From assembly GCF_009914755.1 (NCBI RefSeq), contig NC_060930.1: DNA of 64,000 nt. The stretch is one strand, 5' to 3'. Source of the DNA: the human T2T-CHM13v2.0 reference genome, Homo sapiens. The translations under genes and the position numbers were made by a program. Numbering within the stretch: the first letter of the stretch is position 1; each line of letters begins with the position of its first letter. Under the pieces are notes generated by a model. That model did not search any database. It worked only from the letters and a program-made list of their open reading frames with translations, and had not been told where the DNA came from. Positions 52,408-64,000 of this stretch are shown here, in pieces.

Positions 52408-55316
52408 AGTGAAAGGAAAATATCTTGGGTCCCTGAAATCAATGTGCTAAAAGGAAATGTCAAGTTGGGAACCCCTTAGGGCAAACCTGCCCCACTTTTT
52501 ATTCAAAGTCACCCCTCTGCTCACTGAGATAAATGCATATCTGATTGCCTCTTTTGGGGAGGCTAATCAGAAACTTAAAAGAATGCAAGCATTTTTCTCT
52601 TATCTACCTACAATTTGGAAGCCCCCTCCCCACTTTGAGTTGTCCCACCTTTCCAGACAGAACCAATGTTCACCTTACATATGTTGATTGATGTCTTGTG
52701 TCTCCCTAAAATGTTAAATACCAAACTGTGTTCTGACTGCCTTGGGCACATGTCGTTAGGACTCCCTGAGGCTGTCATGGGTGTGCATCCTCAACCTTGG
52801 CAAAATAAACTTTCTAAATTAACTGAGACCTGTCTCAGATTTTTGAGGTTCACATTTTTGTACCCATGGAGGGATTCTGAGTGGAGAAGCCCGTGACCTT
52901 TGACAAATCTCCTATTGGTGCTTGGTACCAGCATGAGCTAACTTTATAGCTCAAACCAATAGAACAATTTGCTGAGGTCTGGGAGCACCTGCTCAAGAGA
53001 ATCCCTGATCTCTCGAAATTTGGTCAAGATCTAAAGTTTATTTTGCTGTACAGCTCCTTTTTTTTTTGGAGTTTTACTTGCTTCCAACACAGGAAGGCAA
53101 GTTTTTCCTGCTTCCATGATGATGGAAGGCAGGTAACTCCTTTTTGGAGTTTGAGCTTGCTTCCAACACAGGAAGGCAAGTTTTTCCTGCTTCCATGATG
53201 ATGGAAGGCAGGTAACTCCTTTCTGGAGTTTGAGCTTGCTTCCAACAGGGAAGATGAGGTTTTCTTTCCTGCTTCTAGGATGGCAGAGAGCTGTCTTCAG
53301 CCTGAGACCCATCCCTAGGTAAATAACTGAATTGGGGTTTGTCTTGGCTAAAGTTAAAATTAACAACCAGCTGGTCTTAATTTCTTGTTACCATTAGAGC
53401 ACTCAGTAATCATATAAGTTGTATAATCATTTATTTTGCTTAACCGATTTGTTGTTGTTGTTGTTTGCTGCTTTTGTTGTTGTTAGTTTGTTGTTGTTGT
53501 TGTTTGTTTCTGTTTTTGTTTCAGTCTTTTTCTCATTGAGTTTGACCAACTCTATCCAATTTGATCAAATCCAAAGGAAAGTTCCAAATTATGGATAAGC
53601 GAGGCCTCTAAGTGGCTAAATTCCCACCAAAACAAACAAACAAACAAACAACAAAAAAGTGGTATGGAGAGGGTAGAAAAATGGCTAGTGAAAGGAAGAA
53701 AAGGAAAGATTTTTGATTTTGACTACTTAAGGGGCTTTATTTACATAACAAGGCCACCCTTTTGCTAGCCAGGTGAAACCTAAAGAACAATGGCTGTGCT
53801 TCTGAAACAGCAGCCATGAATGCAACAGGACACAATTGAAGAAACTGGTTATCTTACGAAGGGTTTGACTGGAATGGTGTGCTTTCCTTTAAGGAATCAA
53901 ACTTGACTTATGGAGCCAATAAAAGCCCCTAGGGAAAATTGACCTCATACTTTCACTGTACAGGGTTCCTGACCTGTGGTAAGTAAAGAATGTCACTTTC
54001 TGACAGGCCCAGGAGCCCCAAGTTTATCTTGGAACCCCAAGAGGAGAGGATCACCCAACTCATAGGTATTTAATGGCACAAATCCATGGCTGGGCTTGGC
54101 TTTAAAAAGAGTCTTATTTGAGATTCCTTCTATGGAACAATGTTCCATCAAAACCCATTTAAAAGTCTACGTAAAAAATAATTATTCTTGCTGCACTGTC
54201 TACAAATAATTAGGCCAAGTATAATAAAGCAATCAATTCTATCGTGATTTGTTTTTAGTAAAAATGGGAAACTGGAGAGAGAAAAATTGTTTCAAAAACT
54301 ATAACACTAACTATAATCAAACACTTGTTAGATTCTAGTTTTGCCTAATGTTTTTCAATTTTTAGTATTTTTCCACCATTTGGACTGAATTCTAATTTTT
54401 CTTGGCTACAAGTCTTCAAAATAAGTCTTCAATTTTTTCCTTCTTCTTTTTTATTTTTTCCTAATTTGGAGTCACTGAAAACTAAGCTGTGCTTTTTTAA
54501 AGCCCTTTGAACTGATGCCAGAGAACTTAAACTTCAGAAGAAAATAACAGCAACCTATTTACATACACGAGCTACTTTCATACCTGCCTACTGATGTATG
54601 AACTCCAGAGTAATGAGGCCTATATCAGTTTTCCAGGATTGTTCTTTTGTTTGTTATTGTTTTTCTCTCTTCCTCCCCCTATTTTTCTCTTCATAGGACA
54701 TGAGACTTCACAACCTTCTAAAAATGAACTTTCCTAATAACTTGGGACCTACCTGTCTAGGAATAAGCCATCCTAGCCATGAGAGATCAGATGAAACCTG
54801 GAACCAGAGACTCATTTTCTCTAAAACGCTTTCTCCAAAAGGTTTTTAAAAAGAAAAGGGGTTGGGGAATGTGAAAGAAAAATATCTTGGGCCCCCAAAA
54901 TCACTAAGCTAAAGGGAAATGTCAAGCTAGGATCTCCTTAGGGCAAACCTGCCTCCCATTCTATTCAGTCACCCCTCTGCTCACTGAGATAAATACATAT
55001 CTGATTGCCTCCTTTGGGGAGGCTAATCAGAAACCCAAAAGAATGCAACCATTTGTCTCTTATCTTCCTACAGTTTGGAAGCCCCCTCCCCACTTTGAGT
55101 TGTCCCACCTTTCCAAACAGAACCAATGTTCACCTTACATATGTTGATTGATGTCTCGTGTCTCCCTAAAATATATAAAACCAAATTGTGCTCTGACTAC
55201 CTTAGGCATATGTCATCAGGACCTCCTGAGGCCGTGTCATGGGTGTGCATCCTCAACCTTGGCAAAATAAACTTTCTAAATTAATTGAGACCTATCTCAA
55301 ATGTTCAGGGTTCACA
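52408..55316 (+). mobile_element. MER4A1-type ERV1 provirus: two 447-bp LTRs (52408-52854, 54870-55316) and ~2-kb non-coding interior
   Basis: Homologous LTRs ending ggttcaca; PBS-like tttttgtacccatggaggga; PPT aaaagaaaaggggttggggaa; 4-bp TSD gctg. Confidence 0.9.
53068..53250. repeat. ~78-bp tandem repeat (~2.3 copies) in the ERV leader
   Basis: ggagttt...cttgcttccaaca at 53068, 53146 and 53225. Confidence 0.85.
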
Positions 55317-55964
55317 GCTGGATACAAAATTCTTGGCTGGTAATTGTTTTGTTTAAGGAGGCTGAAAATAGGACCCCAATCCCTTCTAGCTTGTAGGGTT
55401 TCTGCTGAGAAATCTGCTGTTAATCTGATAGGTTTTCTTGTATAGGTTACCTGATGTTTTTGCTTCACAGCTCTTAAGATTCTTTCCTTTGTCTTGACTT
55501 TAGATAAACTGATGACTATGTCCGTAGGCAATGATCTTTTTGTGATGAATTTCCCAGGTATTCTCTGAGCTTCTTGCATTTGGATGTCTAGATCTCTAGC
55601 AAGCCCAGATAAATTTTCCCCTATTATTCCTTCAAATATGTTTTTCAATATTTAGATTTTTCTTCTTCCTCAGGAACACCAATTATTCTTAGGTTTGGTT
55701 GTTTAACGTAATCCCACACTTCTTGGAAGCTTTGTTTATTTTTTAAAATAATTTTTTCTTTGTCTTTGTTGCGTGACGTTAACTCGAAAGCTTTGTCTTC
55801 AAGTTCTGAAGTTCTTTCTTCTACTTGTTCAGTTCTATTGCTGAGATTTTCCAGTGCCTTTTGCATTTCTCTAAGTGTGTCCTTCATTTCCAGAAGTTGT
55901 GATTGTTTTTTTTATTTATGCTCTCTATTTCACAGGATATTTTTCCATTCATATTTTGTACCAT

Positions 55965-56341
55965 TGATAGGGTTTGGCTCTGCGTCCCCACCCAAATCTC
56001 ATCTTGAATTGTACTCCTATAATTCCCACGTGTTGTGGGAGGGACCTTGTGGGAGATGGCTGGATCGTGGGGGGCGATTTTCCCCATGCTGTTCTTGTGA
56101 TAGTGAATAAGTCTCACCAGATCTGATGGTTTGATAAGGGGAAACCCATTTTACCTGGCTCTCATTCTTTCTTTCCCTGCTGCCATCCACTTAAGATGTG
56201 ACTTGCTCCTCCTTGCCTTCTGCCATGATTGTGAGGCTTCCCCAGTCACATGGAACTGTACGTCCAATTAAACCTCTTTCTTTTGTAAATTGCCCAGTCT
56301 TGGGTATGTCTTTATCAGCAGCATGAAAATAGACGAATACA
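55965..56341 (+). mobile_element. THE1 (THE1B/C) MaLR solo LTR inside L1 ORF1
   Basis: tgatagggtttggctctgcgtccccacccaaatctcatcttgaattgta...aataca; 5-bp TSD accat. Confidence 0.93.
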
Positions 56342-56901
56342 ACCATATTTAAAAAAAAATTTCTTTAAGTTAGTCTTCACCTTTCTCTGGTGCCACTTTG
56401 ATTAGCTTAATAATCAACCTTCTGAATTCTTTTTCTGGCAATTCAGAGGTTTTTTCTTGTTTTGGGTCCATTGCTGATGAGCTAATGTGACCTTTTGGGG
56501 GGTTAAGAACCTTGTTTTGTTGTGTTACCAGAATTGTTTTTCTGGTTCCTTCTCACTTGGGTAGACTGTCAGAAGGAGGATCTGGGGCTCAAGGGCTTGT
56601 CAGAAGGAGGATCTGAGGCTCAGTGCTGCTGTTCAGATTCTTTGGTCCCACGAGGTGCTCCCTTGATGTGGTGCTCTCCCCCTTCCCCTAGGGATGGGGC
56701 TTCCTGAGAGCCAAATTGCGGTGATTGTGATTTCTCTTCTGGGTGTGGCCACCCAGTGGAGCTACTGGACTCTGGAATGGTACTGGGAAATGTCTGCAAA
56801 AAGTTCTGTGATGTGATCCGTCTTCAGGTTTCTCAGCTGTGGATACCAGTACCTGTTCTGGTGGAGGTAGCAGGAGGGTGAAGTGAACTCTGTGAGGGTC
56901 C

Positions 56902-57012
56902 TTGGTTGTAGTTTTGTTTAGTGCAGTTGTTTTATGTTGGTTGTAGTTTTGTTTAGTGCAGTGGTTTTATGTTGGTTGTAGTTTTGTTTAGTGCAGTGGT
57001 TTTATGTCGGTT
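56902..57012. repeat. 35-bp unit x3 in the L1 5' UTR
   Basis: ttggttgtagttttgtttagtgcagtggttttatg at 56902, 56937 and 56972. Confidence 0.9.
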
Positions 57013-58743
57013 GGCCTCCAGCCAGGAGATGGTGCTTTCAAGACTGCATCAGCTGTGGTAGTATAGGGGGTACCAGCTTGCCTCAGGGTCACCTGGATAA
57101 GTATTTGGGTTTCTCAGATGATGGGCAGGGACACAGAGCTCCTCAGAGATTATATCCTTTGCCTTCAGCTCCCTGGATGGGTAGAGAAAGACCACCAGGT
57201 GGGAGCAAGGATAGGCATATCTGAGCTCAGCTTCTCCTTGGATGGGGCTTGCTGTGGCTGCTGTGGAGGATGGGGGTGTGGTTCCCAGGCCAATGGAATT
57301 ATATTCCCGGGGGATTATGGCTGCCTCTGCTGTGTCATGCAGGTCACCAAGAAAGTGGGGGAAAGCCAGCAGCCACAGGCTTCACCCAGTTCCCACACAC
57401 CCAGCAAGGCCAGTCTCCCTCCTGCTGTGCCCCCACAACAGCACTGAGTTTATTTCTAGGCAGCCGGTGAGCAGGGCTACAAGCCTGCCCCAGGCTACGA
57501 GCCTCCCCACTGGGAAAGCAAGCAGGGTTTCCAGGTTTCACGCATCCCCACCTGCCATGGCTTCTGTGCTATGTCTGCACTCCTGGTTCACGTGCTCCCC
57601 CGGGATTCTGCCCGGGAAGCTTCGCGTTCAGTTGAAATTGTTACAAAATTCAGCTGGAAGTTTCCTTCTCCCAGTGGCCTTTCCCCAGTTCCACTGGCAG
57701 CCCTTCCTAAGGACCCCTGTGAGACAAAGTCAGAAATGGCTTCCCTGGAAACTGAGAGTGCCCCCAGGGCTCTTGCTGCTGCTTCCTCTACCCCTACATT
57801 TTGCTCAGCTCTCTAAATTTGTCTCAGCTCCAGGTAAGTTCTAATCCTTCTCCTGCGATCTGGACCTTCAGGTTCCCCAGGAAGGTTGTGTTCAGGAATG
57901 CACATTCCCCTCTCACACTTCGGGCACTCATGGTGTTGGCTGTCTTATGGGGCCTGCAGAGGCAATCCACTTTTTCAAAGGGTCTATGGATTCTCTTGGC
58001 TTTCCTGGTATGTTCCTGCAGTATTTCTTGGAGCAAAAGTTCACGACACGAGTCTCCACATGCTGCTCTGTTTGTCCCAATGGGAGCTGCCCGTTAGTCC
58101 TGCCTCCTATCTGCCATTTTTTTGTTTTAATGACCTGAAGTTTATTCTCTTGACTTTGAAATGCACAGTACCCTCTCATTACTGCATCCCGAGCTGGGCA
58201 GCAGATGTCAAGGAAACCCACACTCCTGCCTGAAACTCTGCACCTGGCATGGTCCCCACCCCACCCTAACCACCTCCTGCCCTGCCCTGGGTCCTGTTGT
58301 TCCAGCTCCCCCATGCACAGGTGGGACGGTGTTGGTCTCTCTGGACCTGGCTGGTCTTGCTGATTCTCCTGTCCCAACTTCTGATCTCCAGAGGACAATG
58401 CTTCACGTTCCTGGGCCCTGATGTCTAGAGGAACCCCATCCAAACACCCTGTGAGCCCACTCCCTGGTGGGGGCAGCCTTCTGTGCTCTGGCGCCTTCCT
58501 AAAGCACGGGGAGGTCTGCATTCTGGAATGTTCAAGATCGCGTCAGTCACAGCAATGATACAGACAGCAGATGAGGCTCCCGGGGGGCTGAAAGGGTTCG
58601 GGTCAGATGACTGAAGAAACAGACAGGCCTGCATCCATCCTGACAGGGTCCAGCGAGACCCCATGCTGGAAGGAGTGGTTCCATCAGCACCTGCGTCTCT
58701 CCAGGGCTGTGCTCGGGAGGCCACCTGCAAACCATCGGGTCCG

Positions 58744-58790
58744 GACACCCACAGGGTCCTGACACCCACAGGGTCCTGACACCCACAGGG
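58744..58790. repeat. 17-bp tandem repeat x~3 (gacacccacagggtcct)
   Basis: Direct reading. Confidence 0.85.
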
Positions 58791-58990
58791 AAGGCTGCAT
58801 CCCCAGCCAAGAGGGGATGCGTTCTGAGCTGAGTCCTCCCTCCCACGTGAGGGGTGTTTTCTCTGAGATCTTTAGTTTTCTGCACCAGGGATCTGTGTGC
58901 TGTATGTGAAACCTGCCTCAGCATAGCCCATCCTCCCAGCACCTCCTACCCCACCTGCTGACCAGGGTCGCCTGCCCCTCCTTGCCCTGA

Positions 58991-59115
58991 ACCAGAATTA
59001 TTTCTCTGGTTCCTTCCATTGGGGTAGACGATGTCAGAGGGAAGACCTGGGGCTCAAGGGCTGCTGTTCAGATTCTTTTGTTCCATGGGGTGCTCCCTTG
59101 ACATGGCGTCCCCCA
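58991..59115 (-). mobile_element. Isolated ~125-bp internal L1PB fragment (5' UTR/ORF1-start region)
   Basis: Homologous to 56527-56680 (accagaatt...ctggttcctt...gggtagac...ctggggctcaagggc...ctgctgttcagattcttt). Confidence 0.75.
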
Positions 59116-59539
59116 CTTCAAGCACTGCAGACAGCTGTGAAAGGGAAGAGAGGAGAGACCAAAAGCCCAGCTTATCTCCCTGCACTCAGAATGTCCCAGG
59201 GTCTCTCTTGTGGGTTCAGACAGGAGCCCTGGAGCAGACTCTGGGAGCCCCCATGGGGAAGCCGGGGGCCGACCCTCTCGAGGAGCTGCCTTCATCATCC
59301 CTCAGGTTTGGTGATTACCAGATGTAATCAGATGGAGTCACTCTGATAGAGCGGATCCTTGTTTTCAATGCTCGTGGGCAGCCTGTGTCCACCTGTGTCA
59401 GATGGAAGGGGCTGAGGGGGTACGAGGGACGGTGTCTGCTCCCCCACCATGGTCCTGACAAGCCACACAGGGGGCTGAGGCGGAAACTGCTGAATTCACG
59501 AAACTTTCAAAATCCAGTCTCACTCCCTTGGCTCCAGTT

Positions 59540-60588
59540 CATGGGAGAAAATATCTACAAACCATCCATCCAACCAGGGACAGTTATCCAGAATTTACAA
59601 GAAACTCAAACAACTCAATGGCAAAAAACAAGTAATCAGATTTAAAAATGGGCAAACAATCTGAATAGACATTTCTCAGAAGACATATGAATGGGCAACA
59701 GGCCTGAAAAAATGCTCAACACTAATCATCAGGGAAATGCAAATCAAAATCACAATGAGATACCAACACCCGCCCCCCGCCACCACCACCGACCAGGAGG
59801 ATGGTTGTTATCAAAAAGACAAAGAGTAACAAATGCTGGTGAGGAAGTGGAGAAAAGGGAACTCTTACACACTGTTGGGGGGAATGTAGATTAGTACAGC
59901 CTCTATGGAGAACAATGTGGAGATTTTTCAAAAAACTAAAAATAGAGTTACCATATGATCCAGCAATCCCACTGCTGGGATTTATCCAAAAAAAAAAAAA
60001 GGAGGAAATCAGTACACTAAGGAGACACTTTATCTCCATGTTTATTGCAGCATGATTCACAATAGCCAAGATATGGAATCAACCCAGGTGTCCATCCACA
60101 GACTATTGGATAAAGAAAATGTGGTACAGATAGAAATTAGAATACTACTCAGCCATGAAAAATGTTCAAATCCTGTCATTCATGGCAGCATACATGGAAC
60201 TGGGGGACATTATGTTAAATGAAATATGCCAAGAACAGAAAGACAAATATTGCATGTTTCATTCATATGTGGAAACTAAAAGAAAGTTGATCTCATAGAA
60301 GCAGAGTAAAATGGTGGCTACCAGGCTTGGGAAGGGTTGGGGAGAGTGAGAGGGTGGTTAGCTGATACAAAATCACAGCTAGATAGGAAGAATAATTTTT
60401 AGCATCCATAGCACTGCAGGGGTCTACAGTTAACAATACTTTGAAGCAACCAGAAGAAAGGATTTTGAATGTTCTCAACATGAACTCATCAATGCTTGAG
60501 GTGGTGGGTATGCTAATTACCCTGATTTCATCACAATACACTCTAAGTGTCAGAACATCACAATTACTGTGTGCCATTTAAATAAAAA
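59540..60588 (+). mobile_element. L1MA 3' portion (ORF2 end + 3' UTR)
   Basis: atgggagaaaatat...aaaaatgggcaaa...ccatatgatccagcaatcccactgctggg...aaataaaaa. Confidence 0.88.
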
Positions 60589-61124
60589 GAGCCACAGTGC
60601 TGGACACTAGGGGAGGAGTGATGTCCCAGTGTGAGATGGGAATGAAGCATGGAAGTAGGAAAACAGAATGGGCCACTCTAAACAGTGTCGACGCCAGGGC
60701 GCTTTCCACACCGGCAAAGAGCTGGGGAAGGGAGGTGGCAATGGGAAGGGCCCCAGACTACACGCCTGGGAGGGGTGGACACCAAGGCTGGCCTGCTCTT
60801 CCTGATCACTGCGCTGCAGCCTCCAGTGTCTTTCCTGAGGCGAAGAGAGGGTGGGAGGGGGCTCTCAGATTCAGATGGGGAGGATTTGGAGCAAGCAGCG
60901 AGGGACTGCGGGCCCAATACAGACGCAGCTCAGCCCCCGGCCCGCCCACTCCCCATCTGCAGCGTCCCTGCTGGTCCTTAGCAGCCTTCAGTCTCTGCTT
61001 ACTCTGATTCCTCCTCCTGTCTCTCCCTCCATCCTTCTCTTTATTCTCTCCTCCACTGCCTGCTCTCTTCTTTAGCTTTGGGAGATGTTTTTAAAACTCA
61101 CCCTGATCCTTATATTGAAGCCCA

Positions 61125-61303
61125 GGGATTTTTAGTCCTGGCTGCTCATTGGAATCCCCCAGAAAGTTCTATGACCCCCTAAATCCAGACCCCACTTTCA
61201 GAAACTGATTTAATTGATCTGATCCCAGCTAAGACCCTGACGCAGGTACTTTTTGTTTTGATTCACCAGTGACCCTAATTTGAAGCCAGTGTTACGAATC
61301 ACT
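61125..61303. mobile_element. MER5A-like hAT MITE
   Basis: cctggctgctcattggaatc...ccagacccca...ctgatttaattg...gccagtgttacgaatcactg. Confidence 0.6.
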
Positions 61304-61949
61304 GATGGAGTGAGACATTTGGGGTCTGTTCTTGGGACCGTGGGTGAGTTTGCTTCAAAAGTGCATTAGCTGTTCCCGCATAGGAGGGTTCTGAAGAAGG
61401 CCTCATGGTGTCTCCCTGCCTGGAGCGCCAGAACTCAGCCCGGTTCCCAGCTAAGAAGTAGGAGCTCCATGCACCTCCTTTCCTGCCTGGGCCTCTGTGG
61501 GGGATTCTTCTGAGCCCCCTCGTCGCTGGCCTGGATTTGCCTTGGATTCTCCGGGGGCGGGTCTGCCTCCTCCCTGCCTGTGTCTTTGGGCGGTGTGACT
61601 TCCAGGGCTGTGTGACCTTCTGGGCCTTGCTCCCAGATGGACGATGTTTCCTCGGACACCTCAGCCTCAAGGAAGGGCTATGCCTCACCAGTCTCCTGCC
61701 ATTACCCCGTTCCTCTCTGCTCTCATATTCCACACAAGCCAATCCCACATCTGGGATGCCAGGCGGGGATGTGAGTAGATGGCAGGTACAGCGGGCAGCG
61801 GGCCAGCACATCTGGGTTCCAACATGAAAACAACTCCCTTTTAACATAAACTTTTTTTAAAGGCCCCAAACACATCTGCAGGCCAGTTAAGGGTTGCTGG
61901 CCACAAGTATGCAACTTGCCTTACCCCTTCCCTCCCTTAGCCTTATGAG

Positions 61950-62070
61950 TTCAACCCATTTATCCAGCACCGACTGTAAACCAGGCATGTTGTGGGCTCT
62001 GGGGGTAAAGCTGGGACTCAGCAAAGGCTCTGCTCTCCTGGACCCTACAGAGGACAAACAAACAGCAACA
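61950..62070 (-). mobile_element. L2 3' fragment
   Basis: ttcaacccatttatccagcaccgactgtaaaccaggcatg. Confidence 0.45.
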
Positions 62071-62091
62071 GGAACGCACGTCAATGTTGTG

Positions 62092-62283
62092 CACAGGGAG
62101 GGTGCTCACCCTGATGGGGGCGACACAGGGAGGGTGCTCACCCTGATGGGGGCGACACAGGGAGGGTGCTCACCCTGGTGGGGGCGACACAGGGAGGGTG
62201 CTCACCCTGGTGGGGGCGACACAGGGAGGGTGCTCACCCTGGTGGGGGTGACACAGGGAGGGTGCTCACCCTGATGGGGGTGA
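62092..62283. repeat. VNTR, 32-bp unit x6 (cacagggagggtgctcaccctg(a/g)tgggggcga)
   Basis: cacaggg at 62092, 62124, 62156, 62188, 62220 and 62252. Confidence 0.95.
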
Positions 62284-63619
62284 GGGTGGGGCTTAGGGGA
62301 AGGCACCTCTGAGCTGTCTTTGGGTTGAAATTGAAATTAAAGGAGGGAGGAAATGGGGGAATAAAAAGTGCAAAGGCCCTGGGGCCACCTGAGCGCCCCT
62401 TGGAGAATTGTGGCCAGGCCCTAGCCAAGGAGCCCTGAGCCCAGGTGAGGTCTCAGACTTCAGGGTGGCAAGGAGACCTGGGGGCTACCCCTGCAGACCA
62501 CACATGCCTGGAAAAGCTTTTGGAGTTTATTTCTGGGGCAAAGTGAAGCCAGTGAAGGGCCCGGGTAGAGGAACAAACCCCTGACTGTGTTTTAAAGGCT
62601 CACAGCCAAAGACCACAGGGACAGACCAGCCTGGTGGTCCAGGCAGGGCCGAGGTGGCTTGGGCTGGAACAGCTGCGTGGGGGAAAGGATGGCACAGAGG
62701 GTACTTGGAGGTGGGGGATGAGGAGAACCAAGGGACAGAGGATGACTCCGTGTTCGGGCCTGAAACATTGGGTAGACTGACAGTGAGGCCATTTGCTTGG
62801 CAAAACAAGGGGGCAGTGGGGTACGGACAGGAGGGCGTTGGCTGCTTTCAGCTGAGTGTCTTGTCATGTCCCATGCAGGTGCAGGAAGCACAGGGGAGGG
62901 GCCAGGGCCAAGCAAGGGCTGGTGAGTGAGCCTCAGCTGCAGGGCTGGACAGAGTCATCTGGGGGAGAGGTGGGGCAGGAGGATGCCTGGAAGCCAAGAG
63001 GAGACACTGTTCCAGAGGTGAATGCTCCATCACCACTGAGGCCAGCAGAGAAGTGAGCATGGGGGTCCTGGCCTGCTGGCTTGGACTTCCTAACTGTGGG
63101 GTACTGCCCACAGGGCCAGAGGGAAACACTTAGGGGCCCTAACCACACACAAGACCTTACAATTCTCTCCCACATGTAACTCAAATATGTATATCTGTAT
63201 TTTGCAACAAGACAAATTTTAAACTATGGTTTAAAAAAAATCCCCCTGAATTTGCTGATTGCAAACTTCTTGGCAAATCTGTCCAGGCTGAACTTTTCTC
63301 CATCTTCCTCTGCTGCTGCTGTTTTGCCTGCTTTTCAAGTGCTTAGGACACTTACTTGGCCATTAGTCAGATTAGACTGGCTGCTTCTAAATTAGTCCCT
63401 TGGCCAGGATCACCTCTCTCTATAATAGAGAAATTGTTTCAGGTGCCTTCGATGGCATCCTCAGCCCAGAGCATTAAGTCCTGGTGGCATCACAGGCCTT
63501 GGCCACCCACCTAGGTCACAGCTCCCTTGACTGATCCTTCTCCACCCCCTAGGCACCTGGACTCAGGCCCCCAGAGGGCCACTCACCATCACCTGGCTAT
63601 GCCTGGCATTTTCCACATC

Positions 63620-63868
63620 CCTGCTCCAGTGTCTGGGTGTCTGGGCAGACTTCCTGGTTCACAGATGGAGCCTTCTGGCTGTGCCCCCACGGGGCGGAAG
63701 GAACAAGGCAGCTCCCTGGGGCCTCTTTTGTAGGGGCACTAATCCCACCATGAGGCTCCACCCTCCGAACCTCATCACCTCCCAAAGGCCCCACCTCCTA
63801 ACACTGTCACCTTGTGGGTGAGGTTTCAGCCTAGGAATTTGGGACGCTTGCGCATTCTGCCTGGAGCA
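63620..63868 (-). mobile_element. MLT1A-type MaLR LTR fragment
   Basis: ggcactaatccc...atcacctcccaaaggccccacctcctaacac...ggtttca. Confidence 0.8.
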
Positions 63869-64000
63869 TTAACCACGTATCTTCCCTGTGTTTGCCAAGG
63901 ATGTGTCCGGAGACTTTAGTCAGTCCTAAAATTCTCCCTCCCGCTAGTGAGTGACCTGAGCAGTGCATCCTGCAGCAGCCCAGCCCTCAGGTGTTCATCC

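Larger units (their letters stand above)
48102..58134 (-). mobile_element. Near full-length inactive L1PB (L1PBa-type 5' UTR) with nested insertions
   Basis: 16-bp TSD ctgaagtttattctct (48086-48101, 58135-58150); ORF1 remnants (55645..55887, 55292..55648); EN remnant 51639..52130; RT remnant [15 protein letters not shown]; FADD degenerated to FIND at ~50080-50091; many stops. Confidence 0.93.

Noticed and set aside
48703-56117. Active L1 or domesticated RT gene
   Set aside because: ORF1 is split by two LTR insertions, ORF2 is fragmented, and the catalytic FADD reads FIND
47925-60588. Two opposed L1MA pieces as one twin-primed insertion
   Set aside because: Both contain the same 3'-terminal region and differ substantially, so they are independent insertions

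Overview
Primate genomic DNA, almost certainly human; I recognise it from recalled protein sequences as subtelomeric 6q27. 1-15.4 kb holds the last nine coding exons of ERMARD (C6orf70, + strand). They join into one open frame ending ...KKSTSKVLL*, and all introns are GT-AG. A 23x49-bp VNTR starts about 60 nt after the poly(A) signal. A CpG island at ~23.5-24.5 kb lies under two overlapping antisense lncRNAs (LINC00242 on -, LINC00574 on +; boundaries approximate). Two abutting strand-skewed minisatellites fill 37-43 kb. A near full-length dead L1PB (48.1-58.1 kb) sits inside an older L1M and itself carries a two-LTR MER4 provirus and a THE1 solo LTR. The rest is Alu, MIR, L2, MER and MaLR elements and small VNTRs. 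I see no wholly new gene system. The best leads are the intact HEPN-type R-D-x3-H RNase motif in ERMARD, a likely mutually exclusive in-frame exon 43 nt upstream of exon 16, the GTGAGT-bearing VNTR next to the poly(A) site, and the 6-kb AGCT/G-skewed satellite. Exon and residue numbering, gene names and repeat subfamilies come from recall, not from searches.
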